A stretch of DNA of 64,000 nt from Ructibacterium sp. (GTDB lineage: Bacteria > Bacillota > Clostridia > Monoglobales > Monoglobaceae). The notes below the pieces were generated by a model. It was not told where the DNA came from, made no database searches, and worked only from the letters and a program-made list of their open reading frames with translations. Positions 46,173 to 55,576 of the stretch are shown one piece after another. A program made the position numbers and the translations under genes. The stretch's first letter is position 1. Every line of letters starts with the position of its first letter. The stretch is from assembly GCA_045587405.1 (NCBI GenBank), contig JAZNCG010000029.1, positions 677 to 64,676 of the forward strand, in the 5' to 3' direction.

Positions 46173-47123
46173 TTATTTCTTTGTTTTGAGTAGGAATCTT
46201 CTCTGACCTGGAGCTGTCTTCATATAAGACTTGACCAGCTCTGGGTGGTCGGCTGCGTACTTGGCTGCATCGAACTTGCTCGAATCTTTACTCGACTTCC
46301 ATGTGGCGAGGGTCATACCCCTGTATGTAAGTGATTCCGCATCGCCCATGAATAGCTTCAGCTTCTCAGTCAGTTCATCCACAAGCTCGCCTGCCTTGCT
46401 TTCCGCATCTTTCGCTTCCAACAGCTTCACCACAAGGTCAGAGATGTCTTCTGTCGCTTCAAGGCTCTTTCCTGCTGCCGAGCGAGGGGAACGGAGCATG
46501 ATGTCTTCCACACTCGCACTTTCAGGCTCAGCATCACCGATGATGTAGTCAGTCCAGAACCTGTCGCACTCTTCCAGCATGAAAGCAAAGAAGTCAGGGT
46601 CAAAATCATAATTCTGATAGCCGAACTCTCTGCCCTGCGTGAGCCATGCAAGTGCGCCCTGATTCATTTCCGCTGTGCCGAGCTGGTACTGAAGCTGACA
46701 GAACCATGACTGCGGTATGCTGTCGGCATCTATCGACATCTGAGTTGTCTTGCACTCCAAAATGCCCTTGTTGTCGTTGCTGTGAGCCATGTTCGGGAGC
46801 CAGAATGTGCGGTCAGGAGAAACACGGAGATAGTCACGGCTGTCGTTCACTATCAGGAAGTCTTCAGCCGACCTCTTGATGATTTCCACGCCCGTCTCGT
46901 CAGCATAGAAGCACGCCACTGCATTTTCGAGGTAGTGACCTGCCCTCATGAAGAAGTTCTCTTCCTTTGGACCGTCAAGACCCTTCTTTCTACGCCAAAG
47001 CTGGTAAGGCGTTTCGTATGGGTTTACGCCCATGATGGTAGCGACTTCGGAAGAGCCGATACCGCCCTCTCGACCTTTCAGCCACTCGCTGCGGTCTTTG
47101 CATCTGATTACATGAATACTCAT
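46173..47123 (-). CDS. YqaJ-like viral recombinase exonuclease
   Basis: W..GR..GIGSSE, SPD, LECKT, CQLQYQL motifs. Confidence 0.92.
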   Translation of the reverse strand: MSIHVIRCKDRSEWLKGREGGIGSSEVATIMGVNPYETPYQLWRRKKGLDGPKEENFFMRAGHYLENAVACFYADETGVEIIKRSAEDFLIVNDSRDYLRVSPDRTFWLPNMAHSNDNKGILECKTTQMSIDADSIPQSWFCQLQYQLGTAEMNQGALAWLTQGREFGYQNYDFDPDFFAFMLEECDRFWTDYIIGDAEPESASVEDIMLRSPRSAAGKSLEATEDISDLVVKLLEAKDAESKAGELVDELTEKLKLFMGDAESLTYRGMTLATWKSSKDSSKFDAAKYAADHPELVKSYMKTAPGQRRFLLKTKK

Positions 47124-47380
47124 CGCCTGTTGAATTTATGGTGGAGATATGCTGCTTCTATAGCTTCTGCGAAATGGTCATTTGACTTCATCATAGTGGC
47201 GATGGAAGTAGCTAAATTGTTGGTAGTGCCACCGATACAACCGCCTATCATTCCTGCCCCATTCATACCACCTGTCTCAGTAGCAAGAATCACTATGGCA
47301 GTCTTTGTCTTATCTTCAGCTGCGAAAGATGCAGCTTCATTCACGATAGAGTGAATCTGATTGTTCAATTCTTTATCCAT
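47120..47380 (-). CDS. Hypothetical protein
   Basis: 86 aa between recombination genes. Confidence 0.55.
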   Translation of the reverse strand: MDKELNNQIHSIVNEAASFAAEDKTKTAIVILATETGGMNGAGMIGGCIGGTTNNLATSIATMMKSNDHFAEAIEAAYLHHKFNRR

Positions 47381-47407
47381 TTTCTTTTGTTTGTTGAGGG
47401 TTAATGA

Positions 47408-48331
47408 TTACATGTCAGCCGGAAACATTTCGCCTGTTTCCATGTCCACATTGGCAGGTGGGAGGTCATCATCGGAAGCCTGAGCCTGTGCGCCAGCCAT
47501 AGCTGCTGCGACCCTTTCCTTGGTCTTATCAGACTTGTCCTTGACCTGCTTCGCCATGCTTTCCTGCTTAGCCGGAATGGTGAAGGTCTCTTCTATCGTT
47601 GTCTGGCCGTCACGCAGGGAGTTCCACAGGCTGAGGAGGTTGACCACATGTTCAGCCGTCATATCTTCAACGGTCTCGACATTGATATGCTTGCAGAGCA
47701 TTTCCTTTGTCACGCCCACAAGGGCATAGGTCTTCAGCATGTTCGCCCTGCGCTGCTCAAGGTTGTTCGCAACCTGACCGATAGCCTTTTCCTTGATGCG
47801 CTTGTAAACAGGCTTGAAGATGGCAGGGGGTACGACTGCGAGAATGGCGTTACGCCTTGCGATAGCGGAAGCTGCATTGGTAGTGACATTCACCATGTCG
47901 TCAGAGAAACGATAGCCCTTGGAACTTGTCACCTTGCGCTGTACCGGCACGACCTGTGAGACATTGGTTTCAAGGTCGTGGCAAGCACCCTGAACTGTGA
48001 TGAACTTGCCGTCATCTGCTATGAGCATGGCAGCTATACGGAGGTTGCCCCATGATGATGCGATGATTTCAGCGAGACGGATAGACGGACCCTCGATGAT
48101 GGTCGGGCCGTCCTTGCCCTGTCTTTCGAGACGATAGAAGCAGCTTTCAGCCGTCTCTGTGTCTGCGGTGGCAAACATCTCGACCCTCATGAGGACTTTT
48201 GTAATCTGCTCAGGAGTGGAGTGCATCGGGTAGCTCTTGGCTGTCTTCACCTGAATGTCAATGTCAGCCCTGTTCATAGCTTCGAGGCTTTCTGCTGACT
48301 TGATGATGATTGGATTGTTGTTGTTTTCCAT
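47408..48331 (-). CDS. Probable single-strand annealing/recombination protein
   Basis: Upstream of YqaJ exonuclease; GPSIRLAE motif; acidic DMETGEMF tail. Confidence 0.6.
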   Translation of the reverse strand: MENNNNPIIIKSAESLEAMNRADIDIQVKTAKSYPMHSTPEQITKVLMRVEMFATADTETAESCFYRLERQGKDGPTIIEGPSIRLAEIIASSWGNLRIAAMLIADDGKFITVQGACHDLETNVSQVVPVQRKVTSSKGYRFSDDMVNVTTNAASAIARRNAILAVVPPAIFKPVYKRIKEKAIGQVANNLEQRRANMLKTYALVGVTKEMLCKHINVETVEDMTAEHVVNLLSLWNSLRDGQTTIEETFTIPAKQESMAKQVKDKSDKTKERVAAAMAGAQAQASDDDLPPANVDMETGEMFPADM

Positions 48332-48353
48332 TGTGATATTGTTTTATGAATGT

Positions 48354-48557
48354 TTACATGTTACTGACCGAGGAAAAGAGGCGTTTTATCTCGCTGCCGG
48401 AATAGACCTTGCGCCCGTCAGCCCTGACAGCGGAATCTATCTGCCCGTTTCTCTCATGCTTGTAGAGGGTGTTTCTGCATATCTTCAGCACCTCGCATGT
48501 CTTCATCACAGGGAAGAGGTCAGTATCGTTCACCTGTGGCATTGTGGTCGTCATCAT
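48354..48557 (-). CDS. Excisionase-like MerR-type HTH protein
   Basis: TCEVLKICRNTLYKH..G.I...RKVYSGSEI. Confidence 0.7.
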   Translation of the reverse strand: MMTTTMPQVNDTDLFPVMKTCEVLKICRNTLYKHERNGQIDSAVRADGRKVYSGSEIKRLFSSVSNM

Positions 48558-48808
48558 GGTCTCGCCCCTCCACCGCTCACGATTATTTCAGGCTTACGCC
48601 CGTTAGGTACATAAATACCCCTCTTAATCAGGATGCCTTTCACACCCATGAGGGTCAGACCGCTATCGTCTGCAATCTTCTGAATGAGCCGGTTTACAGC
48701 CACATCAGGATGCTGCGAATACATTTCAAGGAACTGCTCACAGATGCGGTCTTGGCGTTCATCTGTCGCCCTCTGTGCCGGAGTTCTCAAATCAATGTCT
48801 TTTTTCAT
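48554..48808 (-). CDS. Small HTH-like hypothetical protein
   Basis: IADDSGLTLMGVKGIL helix-turn-helix pattern. Confidence 0.55.
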   Translation of the reverse strand: MKKDIDLRTPAQRATDERQDRICEQFLEMYSQHPDVAVNRLIQKIADDSGLTLMGVKGILIKRGIYVPNGRKPEIIVSGGGARP

Positions 48809-48837
48809 ATTCTATATGGTTTTTATGATGATTCTGT

Positions 48838-48880
48838 GAAAAGGGGGGCAGGTGCTGCCCGTACATCTGCACCCCTCGTC
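48838..48880 (-). terminator. Intrinsic terminator inside the early operon
   Basis: GGGGTGCAGATG / CACCTGCCCCCC stem followed by TTTT on the minus strand. Confidence 0.55.
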
Positions 48881-48940
48881 AAACAACATTATTCACTATT
48901 TTGGTTTATGAAATCGGTATATATTGTCGGGCATCTTTTG

Positions 48941-49906
48941 TCAGCCGTCCAGCTGCTTCAGAAGATTCTTCAGACCTCTGCCGTCCCGAATGGTCTTGCC
49001 GGTAGCCCAGCCACTGTAAGGAAAGAACTTCACCGTCTTGCCCTTGTGGGTGAACTCTATTCGGGTGCCGTCTCTGTAGGTTATCTCATAGCCTCTGCCC
49101 TCAAGCTGTGCGACTGCATAGGCTATGCGTTCAGGCTCAAGCCGTGCCTGTCTCTCGGTGTCAAGTCGTGCCATATCTACATATATCTTTCTTCTCGCTC
49201 TCGTTCTGCCCTCTCTTCACAGGCATCGAGATATGCGTTATAATCCTCGTCCGCATCATAGTCCGGGTCTCTCTCAGGGTCTGCCGGGTGCATGTAAAAA
49301 TCTCGTTTCGGGTGCCAGCTCATAGCTCTCTGATATTATGGGTTTGTCTTCGGGGTTTTGTGCAGCGGTCTGGTACTGTGACCGCTGCCGTTCTCTCATT
49401 GCCCTGTAGCCCTCTTTCAGGCTCTCGAACTCTTCAGGCGTTAGTCTCATTCTTTTCAGATAGTTCGGGGTGCAGCCTTTCAAATAAGTCGCTGACCGCT
49501 ATAGCTGTCGGCAAGACTGCGACCATGTAAATGATATTGAAAAGGTACTGTACGCCCTGAGACTGACCGAAAACGGTCACCATGCTGTCTGTCACTGTGA
49601 TGTAGCCACATGCCAAGACTGCGACAAGGGCGAGGGCGTTGATGATTGCCTGCTGTCTGTGATTGCGTTTCATTGCCTGATATTTTAGAGGTTTACCGTT
49701 TCGCCTGTGGCAACTGTCGCCACTATTGCGATGTCGTGAAAATTGGGGCGTTTTGGGTCAAATTTCATGAGGTACAGGGTGCAGCCTGTCTCTATGCTCT
49801 TCTTTTGCATCGCTGCTGTCGCCTCTGCCTGTGACATGCCGTCAACAACTGCGACCCGTTCTCTCTGGGCTGCTGAATTGAGCTTCACGAACTGATATGT
49901 AGCCAT
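48941..49906 (-). CDS. Cluster of small early hypothetical ORFs (48941-49174, 49434-49673 membrane, 49685-49906)
   Basis: ORF track, co-directional. Confidence 0.55.
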
Positions 49907-49918
49907 GATTTCAGGGGT

Positions 49919-50239
49919 TTAGAGGGGTAAGACATTTGCAACCTTGAAGCATCTGAACTCTTGCCTTTCAGTGTCAAAATAGACCTGCACTGTAGGGTTT
50001 TTCAGTCGCCTGTCATTGCCCTCTATTGCCGGCATGAGTTCGCTCTTGAGTGTGCCGTATGCTTCTCTGATTGAGCCGTCAACTTTCTGATAATAGAATT
50101 TGACTATACCTTTGAGCATCTGCTTCTTTAACTTGAAGACCTGCCAAGCCTGTTTGAGAGCTTCAGAAAGCTCGAAGCCGTTTCGCTTGACGAACTGCCA
50201 AGCCATTTGCATGATAGTGCGTAAATCAGTCTTTTTCAT
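49919..50239 (-). CDS. SH3-like beta-barrel (WYL_2/DUF2693-like) protein
   Basis: VKFYYQKVDGSIREAYGTL and YFDTERQEFRCFK. Confidence 0.8.
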   Translation of the reverse strand: MKKTDLRTIMQMAWQFVKRNGFELSEALKQAWQVFKLKKQMLKGIVKFYYQKVDGSIREAYGTLKSELMPAIEGNDRRLKNPTVQVYFDTERQEFRCFKVANVLPL

Positions 50240-50260
50240 GTCGTCAGTCTTTAGAGGGGT

Positions 50261-50701
50261 TTAGATTGTTTCAAGTGAGTTTCTGAGGTCTGCGAGGGCT
50301 TTAGCTATCTTCTTTGCATTGCGAAGCACCTTTTGACCTGTTTCGCTTTCATAAGCCTGTTTTGATTCTTTTATAGAAGAATGTGAGAGAGCTTCAAAGC
50401 CCTGTGCCATCACTTCACATCTTTCAAGTTTTGCCATCATTGACTTGTAGTCGCTCTTGATAGCTCTTAAATAGGTTTCGTGTGTCATAGCTGTAGGGGT
50501 TTACTTCTGAAAATACTTTGTCATGTCTTCTACAGTGTAGTAGTCAGGCTCATAGATGCCCTGCTTTTTGTCTTCTACCTCAAGCACATTCTTTATATAA
50601 TCGTGTGCAGCTTCAGGCGTTGAGAACTTCTTTGAGGTGTAGGCTTCAGAATCGCCCTTCTCGACCTCTTCTCTAACGAAAATCATAAATACCTTTTTCA
50701 T
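50261..50701 (-). CDS. Two immediate-early hypothetical ORFs (50261-50488, 50501-50701)
   Basis: First genes after the leftward promoter. Confidence 0.65.
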
Positions 50702-50738
50702 CTTCTTTGTTGTTTGTTGTTGTTTGCTTTTCTTTTGT

Positions 50739-50777
50739 TATCTTTGAAACGAATTTCAAAACGACTTTGCAAAGGTA
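50739..50777. promoter_or_regulatory. Face-to-face lysogeny/lysis switch promoters
   Basis: Plus TATCTTTG at 50739-50746, minus TACCTTTG at 50770-50777. Confidence 0.65.
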
Positions 50778-50851
50778 AACAAAGTTTTCATATCTGCAAA
50801 CTATTTTGTGAAAAAGTTTACATTTTGTTTGCAAAAAAGTTTTTACGACCT

Positions 50852-51268
50852 ATGTACATAAATGTAAGTCAGAGATTTATACAGGTGATAGAACACCTGA
50901 AAGATAGTAAACAGCTCAAGAATCAAGCTGAATTAGTTACCATTTTAGAGGTTTCAAAGGGGTATGTTTCGCAGCTTGTAAACGGAACAAGAGAGCCAAG
51001 CGAGACAGTGGTTAGCAAATTAGTAAACTATTTTCCTGAGATTAACGCCCACTGGCTTTTTACCGGTGAAGGAGACATGCTGAACACTCAGCCGAAAAAT
51101 TCTCAGGTAATTGGGAACAACAGCGGAACAGCGATAAACGGAGACGGGACGGTAGTTCACCCAGCCGGAGACAGCCGGACCATAGAGCGGATGCAGAATC
51201 AGATAGACGAACTTCTCGCACAGAACGGAAAGCTCCTTGTCATCATTGACAGATTGACACAGAAATAA
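50852..51268 (+). CDS. CI-like XRE repressor (no S24 peptidase domain)
   Basis: HTH (ELVTILEVSKGYVSQLVNG) and INAHWLFTGEGDM; divergent from early genes. Confidence 0.85.
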   Translation: MYINVSQRFIQVIEHLKDSKQLKNQAELVTILEVSKGYVSQLVNGTREPSETVVSKLVNYFPEINAHWLFTGEGDMLNTQPKNSQVIGNNSGTAINGDGTVVHPAGDSRTIERMQNQIDELLAQNGKLLVIIDRLTQK

Positions 51269-51481
51269 ACTTCTCAAAGGGAATCTGAGAAGTACGGTCC
51301 CAAAGGGATATAGTGGCAGCAAAGACCGGCTAACGAGAGCGGAACTTATTCTTGAGATAGTTCACGATGTCGTTCAAGAGTACCAACAGCCATGCTCCCA
51401 ACAAAGACAATGACACTGCGATAAGTATTTCTGCAAACATCACCATAACAACACAAAATTAACACATAAATCCTTACAGTT

Positions 51482-51814
51482 ATGTCTTACTACCTCGACA
51501 AAGAAAAAGAAAGGCTCGAAGCTCTGAAGAAAGCTGGTCAGCCACAGGTCTGCAAGAGTGCAAAGGTACTCCGCACTATCGGTATCATTACACTTGTAGT
51601 CGGCTGCATCCTCGCTGTCACACTCTTCGGACTGACCTGCATGACAAACGGCAACCATTACGATTCAGAGTTTAATCCGCTCAGTCTCGCATGGCTCTTC
51701 GGTCTGTCAATGTCTTCAGTCGTGTTCTGGGCGTTTGCAAATTCCCTCGCATCCATAGATGAGAACATTTTCGAGCTTCGCAACCGCAAGCCGGAGGAAA
51801 AGAAGAATGAGTAA
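51482..51814 (+). CDS. Two-TM membrane protein (lysogen-expressed accessory)
   Basis: Two hydrophobic helices, co-oriented with the repressor. Confidence 0.65.
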   Translation: MSYYLDKEKERLEALKKAGQPQVCKSAKVLRTIGIITLVVGCILAVTLFGLTCMTNGNHYDSEFNPLSLAWLFGLSMSSVVFWAFANSLASIDENIFELRNRKPEEKKNE

Positions 51815-52043
51815 GATTTGCACAGCTGCGCTTCTCGCTTGGGAGAAATACATACCTGTAATGACCGAAGCAGAGCTGGAGATGCTGAAGAGCGGATATA
51901 CGGATTGGGATATACTGACTGTCGCAAGGTGGCAGCATCTTCGTGGGGTCAGGAAAATGCTCACAGAGGACAGAATCAAGACATCCATGCAGAAGTCGGC
52001 AAGAGAGGGAGGCGTGCAAATCAAGTGCAAAGAGACAAAATAG
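51807..52043 (+). CDS. Small hypothetical protein
   Basis: ATG overlaps the upstream gene's end. Confidence 0.4.
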   Translation: MSKICTAALLAWEKYIPVMTEAELEMLKSGYTDWDILTVARWQHLRGVRKMLTEDRIKTSMQKSAREGGVQIKCKETK

Positions 52044-52113
52044 GTCAATAATAATCAGGGGAAATCACTGAACAGCAGAGAGTTAGAAAAGCCCTTCAGC
52101 ATCGGTCTTGTTA

Positions 52114-52156
52114 CCTTCTAAGCTGTGGGTCTTGGGTTCGAATCCCAACCGAATCA
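52114..52156 (+). other. attR: 3' half of tRNA-Arg(TCT)
   Basis: CTTCTAA anticodon loop, GCTGT stem, T-arm TTGGG-TTCGAAT-CCCAA, CCGAATCA acceptor; 5' half absent. Confidence 0.88.
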
Positions 52157-52160
52157 CTTT

Positions 52161-52200
52161 AATCGACCTCTCAGATATCTGAGAGGTCGATTTTGTTTGT
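52161..52200 (+). terminator. tRNA terminator (perfect 32-bp palindrome plus T-tract)
   Basis: AATCGACCTCTCAGAT|ATCTGAGAGGTCGATT then TTGTTTGT. Confidence 0.85.
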
Positions 52201-52373
52201 TCTTTCCCCACATTTTCCCCACATTCGCAATTTAGTCCTTGGGAACGTTATGTTTTCATTGCACTTACAATATAACTCTTGCTATTTTGTTACCTACTAG
52301 TTAGTTTAGGGTAAAGAGCAAATGTGGATGCAAATCTTCAACTAATCTCTTTGTATATTGTGACTATATCCTA

Positions 52374-52736
52374 CTATAATACCATATCTACAAAGAGAAA
52401 GAATACCGCAGCAGGAACTAATGTCAAAGCACATATAACAAAGTAGTATATCCACATCAATAAGTCTGCAAGAAGTCCTTTAGACTCCTCAAGCACCACA
52501 CCCCAAAAATCTTTGTAAAGTACCTTTACATAATATCCTATCATAAATAGACATTCTAGCAACATGATTATTGCTGTAGCAGGAGAGATGCTTATCAACG
52601 CTAATATGCTTGCGGTAGCAAGCTGTACAAGGAATATCACCAAAGCACTTTTTAACGGTAGTTTAAAGCATCTAGCAGATGGGAGTTTGAAGCGGGTCAT
52701 ATAACCACAAACATCACCTTGAATTTCAGTCTTCAT
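52374..52736 (-). CDS. Small multi-TM membrane protein
   Basis: About three hydrophobic helices; start at MKTEIQ just after the ATPase stop. Confidence 0.6.
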   Translation of the reverse strand: MKTEIQGDVCGYMTRFKLPSARCFKLPLKSALVIFLVQLATASILALISISPATAIIMLLECLFMIGYYVKVLYKDFWGVVLEESKGLLADLLMWIYYFVICALTLVPAAVFFLFVDMVL

Positions 52737-52741
52737 AAATT

Positions 52742-55501
52742 CTATCGTTTTTTTAATAAATTTCTTATTAGTCTCATTGCATCTCCCAACACAAGCACAG
52801 GAAGAGTAATGAGCATGATCCACAGCCAGTCATTCAACGCCAACGGCGACACATTGAACATTCGACCAGCAAAATTAACTATAAGTATCTGACCTAAAAC
52901 TATCACAAGAGATATCCATAAAAATCCAGAACTGAACGACTCATTGACTGCACTTGGCCTTCTAAAGATATCTATACAATCAATCAAGAAACTTCTGTTT
53001 GTCCTATAGTATTTAGCATTGAACAGATTCCAGAACTGCAGCATGACGAATACAGAGAAGAATATACCCATTTCATATCCACTCAGATGCGCCTTAGTAT
53101 GAGTAAGATCTGCAAAACCGGAGACAAACAACTTTGCGGCATCAACAGTCAATAGATCCTTGACACATGTAATGTCTGTATGCCATAGTAACTGCCATAA
53201 TCCAGCCAAAGCGACAAAAAATATTGTTCCTATACCAATAATCCTATAGAGCATCTGTCTATTGATAATATGACTTTCCGGATTACGTGGCTTATCATTC
53301 AAAACTTTTCTATCTGCCGGTAACGAAGACAGAGCCATTGCCGCAAATGTATCCATGATAAGATTCACCCACAACATCTGAGTCACTGTTAGCGGTGAAT
53401 CCAATCCAATAAACGATCCAAGCAAAACAATCAGGCATGCGCAAAGGTTGATTGTCATCTGGAATATGATGAATCGCTGAATATTCAGATAAAGCGAACG
53501 ACCCCACATGATTGACTTGTTGATGCTCGAAAATGAGTTATCAATAATGGTAATATCACTCGCCTCCTTTGCTCTTGATGTGCCGTCACCCATTGATAGA
53601 CCTACCTGGGCCTTACTCAAGGCAGGTGCATCGTTTGTTCCATCTCCTGTTACAGCAACCACTTCTCCATTTGCCTGGAGTAGTGTAACCAATCGGGCCT
53701 TGTCATCTGGACGAGCACGGGAAATTATCTTGAAACTTGGATTCTTAAGAAGCCCACGAGCCTGGTCGTCAGTAAGTGCAGCGAACTCTGTACCTGTAAT
53801 CGTCACATTCTCTTCACCCTCTGCAATAAGACCAATCTGCTTACCTATCTCAATGGCTGTTCCAGGCGTATCACCTGTAACGATAATCACTCTTACTCCT
53901 GCATTATCCTTACATGTTTGAATAGCCTCCTTTACATCATCCCTGATAGGATCCGCTATACCTACAACTCCTAGGAATACTAAATCAGATGATGCACTCT
54001 CATCAATACTCTGAACTGCAAAGGCAAGAGTTCTCATCGCTTTAGACTGATACACCGCGAGAGTTTTGTGAACACGTTCAGCTGAAACACCTCCAGCAAC
54101 AGAATCGCACATCTCAAGCAAAATCTCCGGAGCACCTTTCACGAAACGAAGTTTAGTTTCATGATTCGGAAGTATTGCGGTTGTCTGCATTGATTTAGAC
54201 TCAGACGAGAATGGTACCTGCTCTACGACAGATGCGATATCTCTATATGATGTATATTCTACACCATTCTTATGCAACCATTTGATAAGTGCAACTTCTG
54301 TTGGATTACCAATTGATGTCAGTTTTCCGTCATGATCTCTGAACACCTCTGCTGTAGAATTTATTGCTATGTTCTGCTGAACATATCTGAATTCATCATC
54401 TCCTCCATATATGTCAGCCTCCATTACCATCATCTTATTCTTGGTAAGAGTTCCTGTCTTATCTGTACAGATTACTGTTGCCGCACCCATAGTTTCACAT
54501 GCGTGAAGCTTTCTCACAAGGTTATTCTCCTTAAGCATCCTCCGCATACTCAATGCGAGACTAACTGTAACGCTCATTGGGAGTCCCTCCGGAACTGCTA
54601 CTACGATAAGAGTAACAGCAATCATCACGGATGCAAGAATAAACTCAGCAATTTCAACAAAGCTGACACCCTCAGCAAAACCACCACTCACGGCATAGAA
54701 TATCAGACGGCCTACTACAATAAGTGATGCTATTACAAAACTTGCAGTAGAAATCCATCTTCCCAACTGCGAAAGTTGCTTATTGAGCGGAGTTTCTTCT
54801 GGCGTTCCTTCTTGAGTTATCGCAACACCTTTACCCTCTTCTGTATCCATACCTATGGCAGAGACACAGTACACTCCGTTTCCTTCTATCACTGTCGATC
54901 CGCGAAGCAGGAAGTTAGACCCATATGTTGCATCCGAATCAAATTCTGACTCTTCGGATGTCTTGTTTGCATAGAGTTCTCCAGTAAAGTTAGACTCATC
55001 GACCCTTAAAGATGTAGACTCAATAAGATATCCGTCTGCAGGGATTTCGTCTCCACTATCCAACTTCACAATATCATCAACTACAACGTCCTGCTTTGGT
55101 ATACTGATCCATCGAGGAGAAGAATTAGCAAGTCGTCTCCTAAGGACCTTAACCGGTCTTGAATCCTTCACTTTATTTAATACCTCAAACTCTTTCTCTG
55201 CTTTAAGCTCAAAGAAAAAACCCACCCCTGTCGCCAGAAGAAGAGCAACAAGCACACCAGACGGTTCAATCAAGATTGACCATCCTTTTGCCATATAGAT
55301 TACCTCATATACAGCTACTAGTACTGAGAAAAAGAATACAATAAGGAGAACGATGATTATCGGATCCTTGAATTTCTCAAGATATAACTTCCATAAAGGT
55401 TCACGCTCTGGCGGAGGAATTATATTCTTACCGATACCCTCCCTTACCTGAACAGAATCTTCAGAAAGACAACTCTTTCTATATGATTTACTTGTAGACA
55501 T
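52742..55501 (-). CDS. Type II (Ca2+-type) P-type ATPase
   Basis: DKTGT phosphorylation site, VPEGL, KGAPE, TGD, GDGTNDAPAL, QMLWVNLIMD. Confidence 0.95.
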   Translation of the reverse strand: MSTSKSYRKSCLSEDSVQVREGIGKNIIPPPEREPLWKLYLEKFKDPIIIVLLIVFFFSVLVAVYEVIYMAKGWSILIEPSGVLVALLLATGVGFFFELKAEKEFEVLNKVKDSRPVKVLRRRLANSSPRWISIPKQDVVVDDIVKLDSGDEIPADGYLIESTSLRVDESNFTGELYANKTSEESEFDSDATYGSNFLLRGSTVIEGNGVYCVSAIGMDTEEGKGVAITQEGTPEETPLNKQLSQLGRWISTASFVIASLIVVGRLIFYAVSGGFAEGVSFVEIAEFILASVMIAVTLIVVAVPEGLPMSVTVSLALSMRRMLKENNLVRKLHACETMGAATVICTDKTGTLTKNKMMVMEADIYGGDDEFRYVQQNIAINSTAEVFRDHDGKLTSIGNPTEVALIKWLHKNGVEYTSYRDIASVVEQVPFSSESKSMQTTAILPNHETKLRFVKGAPEILLEMCDSVAGGVSAERVHKTLAVYQSKAMRTLAFAVQSIDESASSDLVFLGVVGIADPIRDDVKEAIQTCKDNAGVRVIIVTGDTPGTAIEIGKQIGLIAEGEENVTITGTEFAALTDDQARGLLKNPSFKIISRARPDDKARLVTLLQANGEVVAVTGDGTNDAPALSKAQVGLSMGDGTSRAKEASDITIIDNSFSSINKSIMWGRSLYLNIQRFIIFQMTINLCACLIVLLGSFIGLDSPLTVTQMLWVNLIMDTFAAMALSSLPADRKVLNDKPRNPESHIINRQMLYRIIGIGTIFFVALAGLWQLLWHTDITCVKDLLTVDAAKLFVSGFADLTHTKAHLSGYEMGIFFSVFVMLQFWNLFNAKYYRTNRSFLIDCIDIFRRPSAVNESFSSGFLWISLVIVLGQILIVNFAGRMFNVSPLALNDWLWIMLITLPVLVLGDAMRLIRNLLKKR

Positions 55502-55576
55502 TATAGACTTATAGATTTATAAGCAAAAATATTCTATAATGCCATAATTAACACAAAGAATCCAAACGTTTGGTTT

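Larger units (their letters stand above)
1..52156. mobile_element. Temperate siphovirus-like prophage integrated at tRNA-Arg(TCT); left end lies just outside the window
   Basis: Integrase at left edge; complete lysis, tail, head, terminase, replication and repressor modules; ends at a tRNA 3' half; composition (GATC use) changes beyond it. Confidence 0.95.

Noticed and set aside
52114-52156. Functional tRNA-Arg gene
   Set aside because: The 5' acceptor strand, D-arm and 5' anticodon stem are absent; it is an att duplication
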